A stretch of 35,116 nucleotides of DNA. Source: an uncultured Opitutaceae bacterium (GTDB lineage: Bacteria > Verrucomicrobiota > Verrucomicrobiia > Opitutales > UBA2995). The stretch lies in the NCBI GenBank assembly GCA_964646535.1, contig CAZYDZ010000002.1:520-35635 (forward strand), read 5' to 3'. A program made the position numbers and the translations under genes. This document shows, one piece after another, positions 23,312 through 32,089 of the stretch. Under the pieces are notes generated by a model. That model was not told the origin of the DNA. It searched no databases and saw nothing but the letters and a program-made list of their open reading frames with translations. Position 1 is the first letter of the stretch. Every line of letters begins with the position of its first letter.

Positions 23312-24115
23312 ATGAAAATCACACGCATTCAGGACGCACAGGGAAAGATTCATTTCGCCGCTCTCAAGGAGAATGGCGAATACGAACTGTTGGAAGGAGA
23401 GCTGTTGGGTAAATTGACGTCAACAGGAAAGGTAGTGGTGCCCGCCAAGCTGCTGGCGCCGCTGGTTCCCAGCAGCATTCTCTGTATCGGGTTAAATTAC
23501 AAGTTTCATGCAGAAGAATCTGGTGCGAAGGTTAATCCCTGGCCGATCCTGTTTGTGAAGGGGAATAACACCCTGCAAAATCCGGGAGATCCGATTGAGA
23601 TTCCAACGCGCCTGAAGAGCGAAGAAGTGGATTACGAGTGCGAACTGGCTGTTGTCATTGGCAAGGCCTGCAAAAATGTGAAAAAGGAGAATGCGCTCGA
23701 TTACGTTTTGGGTTACACCTGTGCCAATGATGTCAGTGCGCGTGACTGGCAGATTAAGAACGGTGGAGGGCAGTGGTGTCGCGGCAAGTTCTTTGATACA
23801 TTTGCTCCTCTCGGACCCGTGCTGGTGACCACGGATGAGATTCCGAATCCCAATACACTGAAGATCCGCACGATCCTCAACGGGGAAACCGTACAGGACT
23901 GGAACACGGATGACATGATTTTCGATGTGCCAACGCTGATCGAATTTCTCAGTGGCAGTACCACGCTGTTGCCAGGGACGGTGATCCTGACAGGAACCCC
24001 GCACGGTGTCGGTATGGCGGCAAAACCGCCGCGTTGGCTCAAGGCCGGTGATACGGTTACCATTGAAATCGAGAAAATCGGTGCGCTGACCAATCCTGTG
24101 GTCAACGAAGCTTAA
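23312..24115 (+). CDS. fumarylacetoacetate hydrolase (FAH) family protein
   Basis: ILCIGLNYKFHAEE, EVDYECELAVVIGK, GYTCANDVSARDWQ and GTVILTGTPHGVG are the typical FAH-fold metal and substrate motifs. Start taken at ATG 23312; the upstream ORF extension is repeat-encoded. Confidence 0.85.
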   Translation: MKITRIQDAQGKIHFAALKENGEYELLEGELLGKLTSTGKVVVPAKLLAPLVPSSILCIGLNYKFHAEESGAKVNPWPILFVKGNNTLQNPGDPIEIPTRLKSEEVDYECELAVVIGKACKNVKKENALDYVLGYTCANDVSARDWQIKNGGGQWCRGKFFDTFAPLGPVLVTTDEIPNPNTLKIRTILNGETVQDWNTDDMIFDVPTLIEFLSGSTTLLPGTVILTGTPHGVGMAAKPPRWLKAGDTVTIEIEKIGALTNPVVNEA

Positions 24116-24129
24116 GGACGAAACCGAGT

Positions 24130-25041
24130 TCAGTGGCGTTGCCTGCGCGGCGCCTGCAGCATGTCCGGGGAACCCAGCTTCCTGATTTGAGAGGGGGTTT
24201 GCCCGGTCTCCCGTTTCAACCAGATGTTCAGCCATGTCTGGCTAAATCCAAGCTGCGTAGCGATTTCCTGCATGCTGTCGCGTGAGCTGGTCAGCTTGCG
24301 AATGGCAAAATCCAGTTTTAGCTGCATCCTGTATGCTTCAGCAGATATTCCAAACTCCTTGCGAAACAAACGGGAGAAGTAGCTGGTGCTCAAATTAAGG
24401 CTTCGTGCGCAGCCTGTGATATCAGGATTATGATCCAGAGGCAGGTTTTCCAAATATCGCACAGCGCTCAGGATTCGTTGATCAAAGTCCTTTTCGTGGA
24501 TGAAGCTTTTGCCAAGTCTGGCCATTTCCTGTGTCCATGCACACATCCAGCCGTCAAACATTTCCCGCAACCTGAACCAATCGGAAATATCGACTTCCTT
24601 CTGTTGAAATAGCTCCCGTTGCAACGGCAAACCTCCTTCTTCCGCACGTTTCAACAGGGCGCTTGTCTGTTCCTCCAGATGGGGGTTTGCCCTGATTTTC
24701 CACATGACATCCTGGCTAAAGAACATTCTCTGAGAACCGAACCAGTCCATTGTGAAGGAAACCTGAGTCCATGTTGCCTGTGAGAGCATACTGATGGAAA
24801 ACGGTTTCCCTGAAGGTAGAAATATCCAGTCGCGCGGATAAAGAGTGACTGCCTGACTTCCTTGGGCCACTTGTATTTCCCCTTGGTTAAGCCAGATTGC
24901 CGTATGATATGGCGGCCTGTCGTGTTGTTTGAGAGAAGTTGTTTTATCCTGCTTATGGTCAGACTGGCAGATGAAGCGTAGTTCGGCATGTAGTAAGTGC
25001 CATTGAAACCAGGGTAAGTCAGGTGTGTGATGTTGTTCCAT
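24130..25041 (-). CDS. AraC family transcriptional regulator (full double HTH)
   Basis: C-terminus ITGCARSLNLSTSYFSRLFRKEFGISAEAYRMQLKLDFAIRKL...MQEIATQLGFSQTWLNIWLKRETGQTPSQIR. The N-terminal domain is paralogous to 25019..25792. Confidence 0.8.
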   Translation of the reverse strand: MEQHHTPDLPWFQWHLLHAELRFICQSDHKQDKTTSLKQHDRPPYHTAIWLNQGEIQVAQGSQAVTLYPRDWIFLPSGKPFSISMLSQATWTQVSFTMDWFGSQRMFFSQDVMWKIRANPHLEEQTSALLKRAEEGGLPLQRELFQQKEVDISDWFRLREMFDGWMCAWTQEMARLGKSFIHEKDFDQRILSAVRYLENLPLDHNPDITGCARSLNLSTSYFSRLFRKEFGISAEAYRMQLKLDFAIRKLTSSRDSMQEIATQLGFSQTWLNIWLKRETGQTPSQIRKLGSPDMLQAPRRQRH

Positions 25042-25792
25042 TTTTCCAATACCTCCATGGTGAAGTGGCCGTTTCGTGTCGGAATAAACGATAGAAATGG
25101 CTCTTGCTGAGGCCGATGTCCGCAGCGATGGTTTGCATGTCGGGCCTTGTATTGGGAGAAGTCTCTTCCAGTCTGCGGATTGCCTTCAGAATGCGTAGAT
25201 CCATATTCTGCGAGTGGCGCCATTTCCTCCCGAATTGGGAGGATTCCTGTATCCATATATAGATCCAGCGGTCAAACAGTCTGCGCAGATCAAACCAGGT
25301 GGCCGCATTCGTTGGGTTCCATTGGAACCTGTATTGTTGGAATATCTTGTCTGCGAAACGATGCACCATAAGAATCGTCTGTTCTTCCAGACGGGTAATA
25401 CGGGGCGATTTCCACAACGAGTCGTCGCTGCAAAATATCCTGCCTGCTCCGTTCCAGCGTAACGCAAAGGCAAGCAGGATCCATTCGCTTTGTGCGGTAT
25501 GAGTCATTTGCGCAGGTCTCCCTTCAGGAATAAAGATCCACTCACCCGCTGTTGCAGTGCAGGATGAGGATCCCTGGCTCACTTGGACTTTCCCTTGATA
25601 CACCCAGATCGCAACGCGGGATACAGAAGGTGCCAATGATAATATTGTGGTGATGGGAAGCGAAGAGGTGTTAGGCCTTTTGAGAGACCGGCTCAAGTAG
25701 AGGAGTTCCGGTTGCAGCAGATTCCACTTATACCAGGGAATTCGTGTACTGTTGTGATACTTATCTGGCTTATACATCCTATTTATTATCAT
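25019..25792 (-). CDS. AraC-like paralog truncated after the first HTH (possible pseudogene or regulatory variant)
   Basis: Collinear with the downstream paralog through MQTIAADIGLSKSHFYRLFRHETATSPWRYW, then ends (KNGTTSHT*) inside a 23-nt overlap with the next gene. The second HTH is missing. Confidence 0.6.
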   Translation of the reverse strand: MIINRMYKPDKYHNSTRIPWYKWNLLQPELLYLSRSLKRPNTSSLPITTILSLAPSVSRVAIWVYQGKVQVSQGSSSCTATAGEWIFIPEGRPAQMTHTAQSEWILLAFALRWNGAGRIFCSDDSLWKSPRITRLEEQTILMVHRFADKIFQQYRFQWNPTNAATWFDLRRLFDRWIYIWIQESSQFGRKWRHSQNMDLRILKAIRRLEETSPNTRPDMQTIAADIGLSKSHFYRLFRHETATSPWRYWKNGTTSHT

Positions 25793-25913
25793 AGATTACA
25801 ACTGTTTTGACATACAATAGGATTTTACTGTTACAAACGGGGTAGATTTCCAATACTATCGTCAGGTGCTGGCGCAGGGGTGCCAGAAGAAAATCAGAAC
25901 AGTTAGCTTGCCT

Positions 25914-26873
25914 ATGAATCATTCCCAACGCAGTCGTTCCGCATTTACGTTAGTAGAGTTGTTGGTGGTTGTTGCGATCATTGGGCTTCTGGCAATGCTG
26001 TTGCTTGGCTCGTTCAACTACATTCTGATGCGCTCGGAGACGGTTCGTTGTATTAACAGCATGCGTCAGATTGGAGCAGCATTGAATGCTTATGCATCTG
26101 ATCATGACGGTTGGCTGCCGCCTGGATATCCATCGGGCGGTGGGGTGGATAATTTGGTTCCACCCGAGGGGATGAGGCTCCCGACGGGTACCCTCCACTA
26201 TTTTTTGGCAGGCTATCTGACAGAGGTGCGTTACAATGCCTCGGGGAGCATGGCCACGGGTGATCTACCCTATTGCCCGGGTGGGATGGGTGGTGCGGCG
26301 CGGGTGTTGGACAAGGCAGAATTGGTCTATCGTGTGAGAGGGAGCTACGGCTATAATAGTACGCTGCAGTCGTACAAGATTACGCAGTTTCCTCTGCCTT
26401 CAATACAGATTGGTGGGACAACGATTAGTTGGGCGCTCAAGCCTGAAAAGTTTGAGGCGTCCAGATATCCGCTTCTGTTGGAAATACGTTCGGATGGTTA
26501 TAATCTTACCACATGGAATTTCGTGCACCAGAATCAGGCTCTGAACGGGAGTTTTGGGGAAACGGGCTCAGGCTGGGGCCAGATTTCACCAAGCCGTTCC
26601 CATGGCTTGGGGGATGCCCTCAATTTCCTGTTTATGGCAGGGAATGTAGAGACAATTGCGCGCAATGATAGCCGTAGTCTCTCTGCCATGGACAAATCGT
26701 GGACGGTTCCACAGAACCCCAAAGGGATGTTTCACGGCACTGGGGAAGTTCCCGGTAACGTAGCAGGACGTACGGTTGGCGAAAAAATCTATTTTGAACA
26801 CGGAGGGTCTGGCCTGAGCCCGAAAAACTTTCGTCTCATGTATCCACAATTTTCCAGTTACGAAGGACCCTAA
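25914..26873 (+). CDS. prepilin-type N-terminal cleavage/methylation domain protein (pseudopilin-like, with an H-X9-DG-type C-terminal region)
   Basis: MNHSQRSRSAFTLVELLVVVAIIGLLAMLL is the class III signal region. CINSMRQIGAALNAYASDHDGWLP follows, and a C-terminal HGLGDALNFLFMAGNVE resembles the H-X9-DG motif with DG changed to AG. Confidence 0.8.
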   Translation: MNHSQRSRSAFTLVELLVVVAIIGLLAMLLLGSFNYILMRSETVRCINSMRQIGAALNAYASDHDGWLPPGYPSGGGVDNLVPPEGMRLPTGTLHYFLAGYLTEVRYNASGSMATGDLPYCPGGMGGAARVLDKAELVYRVRGSYGYNSTLQSYKITQFPLPSIQIGGTTISWALKPEKFEASRYPLLLEIRSDGYNLTTWNFVHQNQALNGSFGETGSGWGQISPSRSHGLGDALNFLFMAGNVETIARNDSRSLSAMDKSWTVPQNPKGMFHGTGEVPGNVAGRTVGEKIYFEHGGSGLSPKNFRLMYPQFSSYEGP

Positions 26874-26877
26874 TCCT

Positions 26878-26934
26878 TTGTAGGAGCGGCTTTATGCCGC
26901 GACAAGAGACCCTCTGTTCGCGGCGTAAAGTCGC
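26878..26934. repeat. REP-like inverted pair between convergent genes
   Basis: TTGTAGGAGCGGCTTTATGCCGCGAC (26878..26903) with the degenerate inverted partner TCGCGGCGTAAAGTCGC (26918..26934). Same family as 1219..1245, 8123..8187 and 23098..23124. Confidence 0.7.
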
Positions 26935-26967
26935 CAAGCCGGGAGGAGGACTCCGCGCCAACCCTGT

Positions 26968-27915
26968 CTAGAACCCTTTAACCTTGAACAGATTGGTAAT
27001 GCTTTCGTTGCGGTGAATGCGATTGATTGCTTCACCCAGCAGATTGGCGACACTTAATACAGTGATGGGTAGACCTTGTATGTTGATCGGTGTGGAGTCT
27101 GTTGTAATCAGCTCATCCAGCACGCCCTCGCGTAATCGTTCGAAGCCGAGATCATTGAGAACTCCGTGGCTGACGGCAGCCCGGACCGTGCGCGCGCCAT
27201 GTTCACGAGCCATTTTGGCAGCTGCGACCAAGGTTCCTGCCGTTTCGGTCATATCATCGACCAGCAGCACGTCACGACCTTCGACGTCACCGACCAGATT
27301 GGAGGCGACAACGGTGGTCGCATCCTTGCGGCGTTTGGCGACAAAGCCCAATCCGCAACGGAGAACATCCGCGTAAGCCGCAGCTGCTTTCATTCCCCCG
27401 ACGTCCGGTGAAATTACGGTAAGGTCCAGATTCTTGTATTTCTCCAGATAGTCGAAGAAAACGGGGGAGGCGTACAGATGGTCGACAGGGATGTCGAAAA
27501 AGCCCTGGATTTGCTGGGCGTGCAGATCCATTGTCAGAACGCGGTTGGCTCCTGCAGCCACCAGCAGGTTTGCCACCAGCTTGGAGGTGATGGGCACACG
27601 CGGCTGATCCTTGCGATCCTGACGCGCATATCCGTAAAAAGGAATCACTGCGGTAATGCGCTGGGCCGAGGCGCGGCGTGCGGCATCAATCATGATCAGC
27701 AATTCCATGATGTGATGGTTGGCAGGCTTACAGGTGGACTGGATGATAAACACATCCATGCCGCGGATATTCTCGTCAATTTTAACGAACGTTTCTCCGT
27801 CTGGAAAGCGGGTGACTTGTGCTTCACCCAGCGGAACCCCGATGGATTCGCAGATGGCGCGGGCCAGCTCTGGGTTGGAACTTCCGGAAAAGATACGAAA
27901 CTTAACGGATTGCAT
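26968..27915 (-). CDS. prs: ribose-phosphate pyrophosphokinase
   Basis: FSGSSNPELA, RFPDGE, YARQDRK and VLLVDDMTETAGTL (PRPP-binding loop). Full-length Prs. Confidence 0.95.
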   Translation of the reverse strand: MQSVKFRIFSGSSNPELARAICESIGVPLGEAQVTRFPDGETFVKIDENIRGMDVFIIQSTCKPANHHIMELLIMIDAARRASAQRITAVIPFYGYARQDRKDQPRVPITSKLVANLLVAAGANRVLTMDLHAQQIQGFFDIPVDHLYASPVFFDYLEKYKNLDLTVISPDVGGMKAAAAYADVLRCGLGFVAKRRKDATTVVASNLVGDVEGRDVLLVDDMTETAGTLVAAAKMAREHGARTVRAAVSHGVLNDLGFERLREGVLDELITTDSTPINIQGLPITVLSVANLLGEAINRIHRNESITNLFKVKGF

Positions 27916-27926
27916 GACAGAAAATA

Positions 27927-28991
27927 TTAGCAGGGAGAAGAGGATTGGGATTCAAGGCTATGGACTTTTTCTTCCAATGCCGAGAGCCTTTTGAAAAATT
28001 CGGGCAGACGTCTTCGCAAAACCAGCAGACGCTGTTCAAGCGCATACGGTTCGGAAGGTGTGCCACGCACAAAACTGTTGGGGGGGAGGTCTCCAGGGAC
28101 ACCGCTCTGGGAGGCGATCTTACTGCCTGAGCCGATATTCAGGTGGCCTGCCATTCCGACTTGCCCGCCAATAATCACATAATCCCCCAATCTGGTACTG
28201 CCTGCGATGCCAGCCTGTCCTACGATCAGGCATCCGCGTCCAGTGGCTACATTGTGGCCGATCTGCACCAGATTATCGAGTTTGGTACCAGGTCCGATGA
28301 CGGTTTGTTCAAAACGAGCCCGATCAATGGTGGTGTTGGCGCCGATTTCAACATCATCGCTCAGGATGACGGCGCCGATTTGCGGTACTTTTTCATGGAC
28401 GCCGTTGCGCGTCTCATAACCGTATCCATCGGACCCGATCACGCAGCCAGGCTGAAGGATCACACGTTTGCCCAATTGGCAATAGTCCATTACAACTGCT
28501 CGTGGCGCAAGCCAACTCTCCTCCCCGATACGGGCGCCGCGTCCGATATGGTTGTGCCCGACGAGTACCGCCCCGTTTTCTATCATGGCATCGCTTTCAA
28601 TCTGGCAAAACGGACCGATGTGCGCGTCTGCGGCAATTTGTGCACTTGCGGCAATCACCGCGCTGGGATGAATTCCTGCCTCGGGACGGGGACGTAGCTG
28701 CTTTTCTATCAATCCGCAGACCTTTGCCAGTACGAGAGAAGGGCTGTCCACCAGTAAATAGCACTGCCCCTCCTGCCTCGGGGTTCCTTCATAGTCCTTG
28801 GGAAGAAGGAGAAAGCTGGCTTTGCTGTCGGCGACCAGAGAGCGGTATTTGGAGTTTCCCAGAAACGAAAGATCCCCTGGACCTGCTTTGTCCAGGGCGG
28901 CAATACCCGTTATTTGCTCAGGTCCATTTCCTCTCAAGTCATACTCTCCCGCGTACTCCAATAATTGTCTGAGAGGAAATGAATACTTCAT
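27927..28991 (-). CDS. lpxD: UDP-3-O-(3-hydroxyacyl)glucosamine N-acyltransferase
   Basis: N-terminal LpxD domain (ITGIAALDKAGPGDLSFLGNSKY), a long left-handed beta-helix of hexapeptide repeats, and the conserved position after skp. Confidence 0.9.
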   Translation of the reverse strand: MKYSFPLRQLLEYAGEYDLRGNGPEQITGIAALDKAGPGDLSFLGNSKYRSLVADSKASFLLLPKDYEGTPRQEGQCYLLVDSPSLVLAKVCGLIEKQLRPRPEAGIHPSAVIAASAQIAADAHIGPFCQIESDAMIENGAVLVGHNHIGRGARIGEESWLAPRAVVMDYCQLGKRVILQPGCVIGSDGYGYETRNGVHEKVPQIGAVILSDDVEIGANTTIDRARFEQTVIGPGTKLDNLVQIGHNVATGRGCLIVGQAGIAGSTRLGDYVIIGGQVGMAGHLNIGSGSKIASQSGVPGDLPPNSFVRGTPSEPYALEQRLLVLRRRLPEFFKRLSALEEKVHSLESQSSSPC

Positions 28992-29023
28992 GATGATGGA
29001 CTACCGAAAAACGACCTTCCTGA

Positions 29024-29058
29024 AAACTAAAAAAGCCCTGCCAGGTATTGGCAGGGCT
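29024..29058 (-). terminator. hairpin plus T-tract after skp (possible attenuating terminator within the bamA-skp-lpxD cluster)
   Basis: Stem AGCCCTGCCA (29034..29043) / TGGCAGGGCT (29049..29058) with a 5-nt loop. On the minus strand it is followed by TTTTTTAGTTTT. Confidence 0.55.
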
Positions 29059-29074
29059 AAAAAACAAAGTCTGG

Positions 29075-29635
29075 TCAGGGGTTGCGGGAATCAATGAGGG
29101 CTTTGATTTCGTCGGTAATATCCATCGCGTCCAGATGGTATACGACAACACCCTTGTTGCCTGATTTATCCAATAACAGGGAGGCGCCTTGCTTTCTGGC
29201 TTCTCTGCGGGCTAAACGCGCGACCTCCTCATGGATGGCGGCAGTCGCTTCGTTGAGGCGCGCATTGATTGTATTGTTAAACTGTTCGCGAGCCCTCACA
29301 AATGTCTGCTCGTTGATATCCAGTTGCTGCAACAGTTGGCCTGCCCGTTCTTTTTTTAACTGTTTACTGGCATCGGAGTTCATCGGGTTTTGATCGGCAG
29401 TTCGTGCTTCCTGAATAGCCTTTTGTACTTCTGTCCGCAGGGAGAGAAGTTCGCGTTCGTTTATGTCGAGTTTCTGACGATATGTATCCATATCTGCACG
29501 GATCGTTTCTATGGCGACCCTGCGTTCGGGGTGTAGTGCGGTCAACAGAGCCAGATCGACGACCAGAACCTTTTCAGCGAAAAGGCTTAGTGGGAGAATA
29601 CAGAGGAAACCGATAAATAAGGATTTGAGATTCAT
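29075..29635 (-). CDS. skp: OmpH/Skp-family periplasmic chaperone
   Basis: Signal peptide MNLKSLFIGFLCILPLSLFA, a coiled-coil-rich body of about 165 aa, and the canonical position between bamA and lpxD. Confidence 0.75.
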   Translation of the reverse strand: MNLKSLFIGFLCILPLSLFAEKVLVVDLALLTALHPERRVAIETIRADMDTYRQKLDINERELLSLRTEVQKAIQEARTADQNPMNSDASKQLKKERAGQLLQQLDINEQTFVRAREQFNNTINARLNEATAAIHEEVARLARREARKQGASLLLDKSGNKGVVVYHLDAMDITDEIKALIDSRNP

Positions 29636-29684
29636 GCTAGAAAAATAAGGGTTTCAGTAAAACACGATATGTCTGGTTAGGCGA

Positions 29685-32081
29685 TTAAAATCTGGTACCA
29701 AAGGACAGATAAAACTGGCCGCCACTTTTTTGATCCTTGTCCTTGGTGAGGGGAATACCGTAGTCCATACGGAGCGGAGCGCCCATGATGAAGAGTCGCA
29801 GGCCAAACCCGTAGTTGTCGCGATAGTGTTCGGGGTTGAAGTCGCCAGTCTTTGCATTGACGAAACCACCGTCATAAAACACGGCAAAGCGCAACGGCTC
29901 TGCCAGGCGTATGGAGTGCTCCAGACTCCAGAAGAAATAGCTGTTACCTCCAATGGGTTCGCCGCCTTCCTTGGGGCCGACATGACGGAAATCGAAGCCT
30001 CGCAGGCTGTTTGGTCCCCCCAGATAGTAGCGATCAAAGAAGGGAACGGGGCGGTTGCCTGTTTCCCAAAGGTTTCCTGCACGGCCGAGGATGGAGAAAA
30101 TCTGTTCCCCGTAGTCGCTTACCTTGAAGTACTGTGCCGCGCGCCCCTCCAGTTTCACGTAATCTACGTCACCACCCAGTCCTGCGTATTCCGTCCCAAT
30201 CTCGAATCGGTTTCCGCGGCTGGGGGTTACAAAATGATTGCGGGTATCGCGTACCAGGGAAAAGCCAACCTTGGAGACCAGGCGCGTTCCTTCTTCACGT
30301 TTGTAGAGCGCAGGAGCATCATCAGCCACGTCAAAGATCCTGACCTGTTCCAGACGATAGGAAAGCCTGCCTTCCACCAATTCAAACAGCCGTTTACGCA
30401 GGTAGACTTCAAACCCCATGCGCAACTCATTGTACAGAGTACTGATGTAACTGCTTTCCTCGCGGAACAACTCGAATCCTACAGCCAGCTCCTGCTCCAT
30501 GAACCAAGGTTCCTCAAAAGACAGATTGATCTGGTTGGAGCGATCCCCGATTGCCAGTCGCAGGCGGAATTTCTGACCTGCGCCGACAAACATGGACTTA
30601 TAGTTGAACAAATCAAAATTGGTCTGTGTGATTTCGGCAAAGAGGATGATACTCTCCACGGTGCTGAACCCTGCGCCAAAGGTCAGCGCACCCGTGCGAC
30701 CTTCCTTCAGGTCAATACGGAGATTGCGGCGGTTGGGGACTTGTGTGGACTCTGGGGTCAAAAGTACGCCATGATTGGGGGATGCCTCGTCGAAGAACCG
30801 CAGATTGCGTAGGCGGTTTTGCGAGGTCTTCATGCGTACGAGGTCAAAAACGTCTCCAGGTGCCAGTGCCAGTTCGCGCAGGATGACCTTGCTTTTGGTT
30901 TTCAGGTTTCCTTCGATGTTGATGCTTTCCACGTAGAACTGTTCACTTTCGCGAATATGGTAAACCAGGTCGATATGTCCCGTTTCCAGATTGGCAATGC
31001 GCTCTGCCAACACACGCGTTTCCAGACGGCCGTCGCGGCCGTAGTAGTCAATAATTTGCTCCCGATCTGCGTCCACTTTGGCAGGAGAGAAGAAAGCGTC
31101 GCTCTTCAGCGAGAGAATGGGCATTAATTGCTCATTGGTGAAAATGGTGTTGCCGTCCAGTTTGATGGAGCCTGTCTGGTAGCGACGCCCTTCCTCCACA
31201 TGCACCTTGATGATCATCCTGTCTGGTTCGGGATAGTCCAGTTCAACCTTGGCTTCGGGGATTTCGACATCCAGAAAACCTTCGTTGCGGTAGTAGTCGC
31301 GCAATTTGGTGAGATCTTCGCGGAATACGTCTTCCTTAAAACGCCCTGTTCCCGTCAACCATGAGAAGAACCCGCGTGTCTGGGTGGTCATGACATCCTG
31401 CAGGCGGCTGGCAGAAATCGACTGGTTGCCGATAAACTGAATGTCGCTGATACGCACGCGGGGACCTTCCTTGATCTTAAAGACCACGACCCCTGTTCCA
31501 TTGGTTTCATCCCTGGTAACCTCGTATTCCGCTGTGGCCTCGGTATAACCGCGCTCCCTGTAGTACCTTGCAATGGCCCGAGCGTCACTTTGCAGGGTGA
31601 AATCGTTCAGCGGACGATCGGCCTCACTTTGCACGCCCGCATCTTTGCGCAGCGATTTGGCAGAGTACTCGGAATTCCCTTCGAAACGAACCTCGCGCAA
31701 AATCAGCCGCGGTTTGACAAACAAGCTCAGATCAACCCGCCCGTCAGGCAGTTCTTTCTGTTCAAAGTAGTAGAGATCGAACCACCCCGTCTGATTCAGG
31801 TTGCGCAACGAACGATCCATCAATGAAGAATCGATGGGATGGCCGACGCGCAAAGCGATGTTGGCGCGTATCTTCTCCTCGCTGACGTTCTGGGCGGCGC
31901 CCAGGTAGCGGATTTGAATGCTGTTGATAGTGGGAACGGTACGCGTTTCCTGTTGCGCTGTGGAGACCAGTGGTTGAGATGCCGTGGGAACGGAAATGGA
32001 GGGGGCAGTGTCGGCCCAGCTTGTGATGACGGTGGTCATCAGGAGGGAGCATGCGAGGAAAAAATGCGATGTTTTATACAT
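29685..32081 (-). CDS. bamA: outer membrane protein assembly factor BamA
   Basis: Signal peptide, repeated POTRA-like modules (I..I.F.GN pattern), and a C-terminal Omp85 barrel ending in FYLSFGTRF (terminal aromatic residue). Confidence 0.92.
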   Translation of the reverse strand: MYKTSHFFLACSLLMTTVITSWADTAPSISVPTASQPLVSTAQQETRTVPTINSIQIRYLGAAQNVSEEKIRANIALRVGHPIDSSLMDRSLRNLNQTGWFDLYYFEQKELPDGRVDLSLFVKPRLILREVRFEGNSEYSAKSLRKDAGVQSEADRPLNDFTLQSDARAIARYYRERGYTEATAEYEVTRDETNGTGVVVFKIKEGPRVRISDIQFIGNQSISASRLQDVMTTQTRGFFSWLTGTGRFKEDVFREDLTKLRDYYRNEGFLDVEIPEAKVELDYPEPDRMIIKVHVEEGRRYQTGSIKLDGNTIFTNEQLMPILSLKSDAFFSPAKVDADREQIIDYYGRDGRLETRVLAERIANLETGHIDLVYHIRESEQFYVESINIEGNLKTKSKVILRELALAPGDVFDLVRMKTSQNRLRNLRFFDEASPNHGVLLTPESTQVPNRRNLRIDLKEGRTGALTFGAGFSTVESIILFAEITQTNFDLFNYKSMFVGAGQKFRLRLAIGDRSNQINLSFEEPWFMEQELAVGFELFREESSYISTLYNELRMGFEVYLRKRLFELVEGRLSYRLEQVRIFDVADDAPALYKREEGTRLVSKVGFSLVRDTRNHFVTPSRGNRFEIGTEYAGLGGDVDYVKLEGRAAQYFKVSDYGEQIFSILGRAGNLWETGNRPVPFFDRYYLGGPNSLRGFDFRHVGPKEGGEPIGGNSYFFWSLEHSIRLAEPLRFAVFYDGGFVNAKTGDFNPEHYRDNYGFGLRLFIMGAPLRMDYGIPLTKDKDQKSGGQFYLSFGTRF

Positions 32082-32089
32082 AACTTCTG

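Noticed and set aside
25019-25041. Programmed frameshift or sequencing error joining the two AraC ORFs into one protein
   Set aside because: Each ORF has its own complete, mutually paralogous N-terminal sensor domain. A fusion would therefore give a duplicated architecture rather than restore a single AraC. A tandem duplication with truncation explains the sequence better.
29730-30812. 360-aa plus-strand ORF, the longest unexplained ORF in the track
   Set aside because: It lies entirely antisense to bamA, whose POTRA/Omp85 reading is unambiguous. The product is low-complexity and motif-free, so it is a typical shadow ORF. The same applies to 23492..24235 (antisense to the FAH gene), 18608..19252, 20372..20962, 16134..16721, 143..742, 31839..32474 and 15265..15714.
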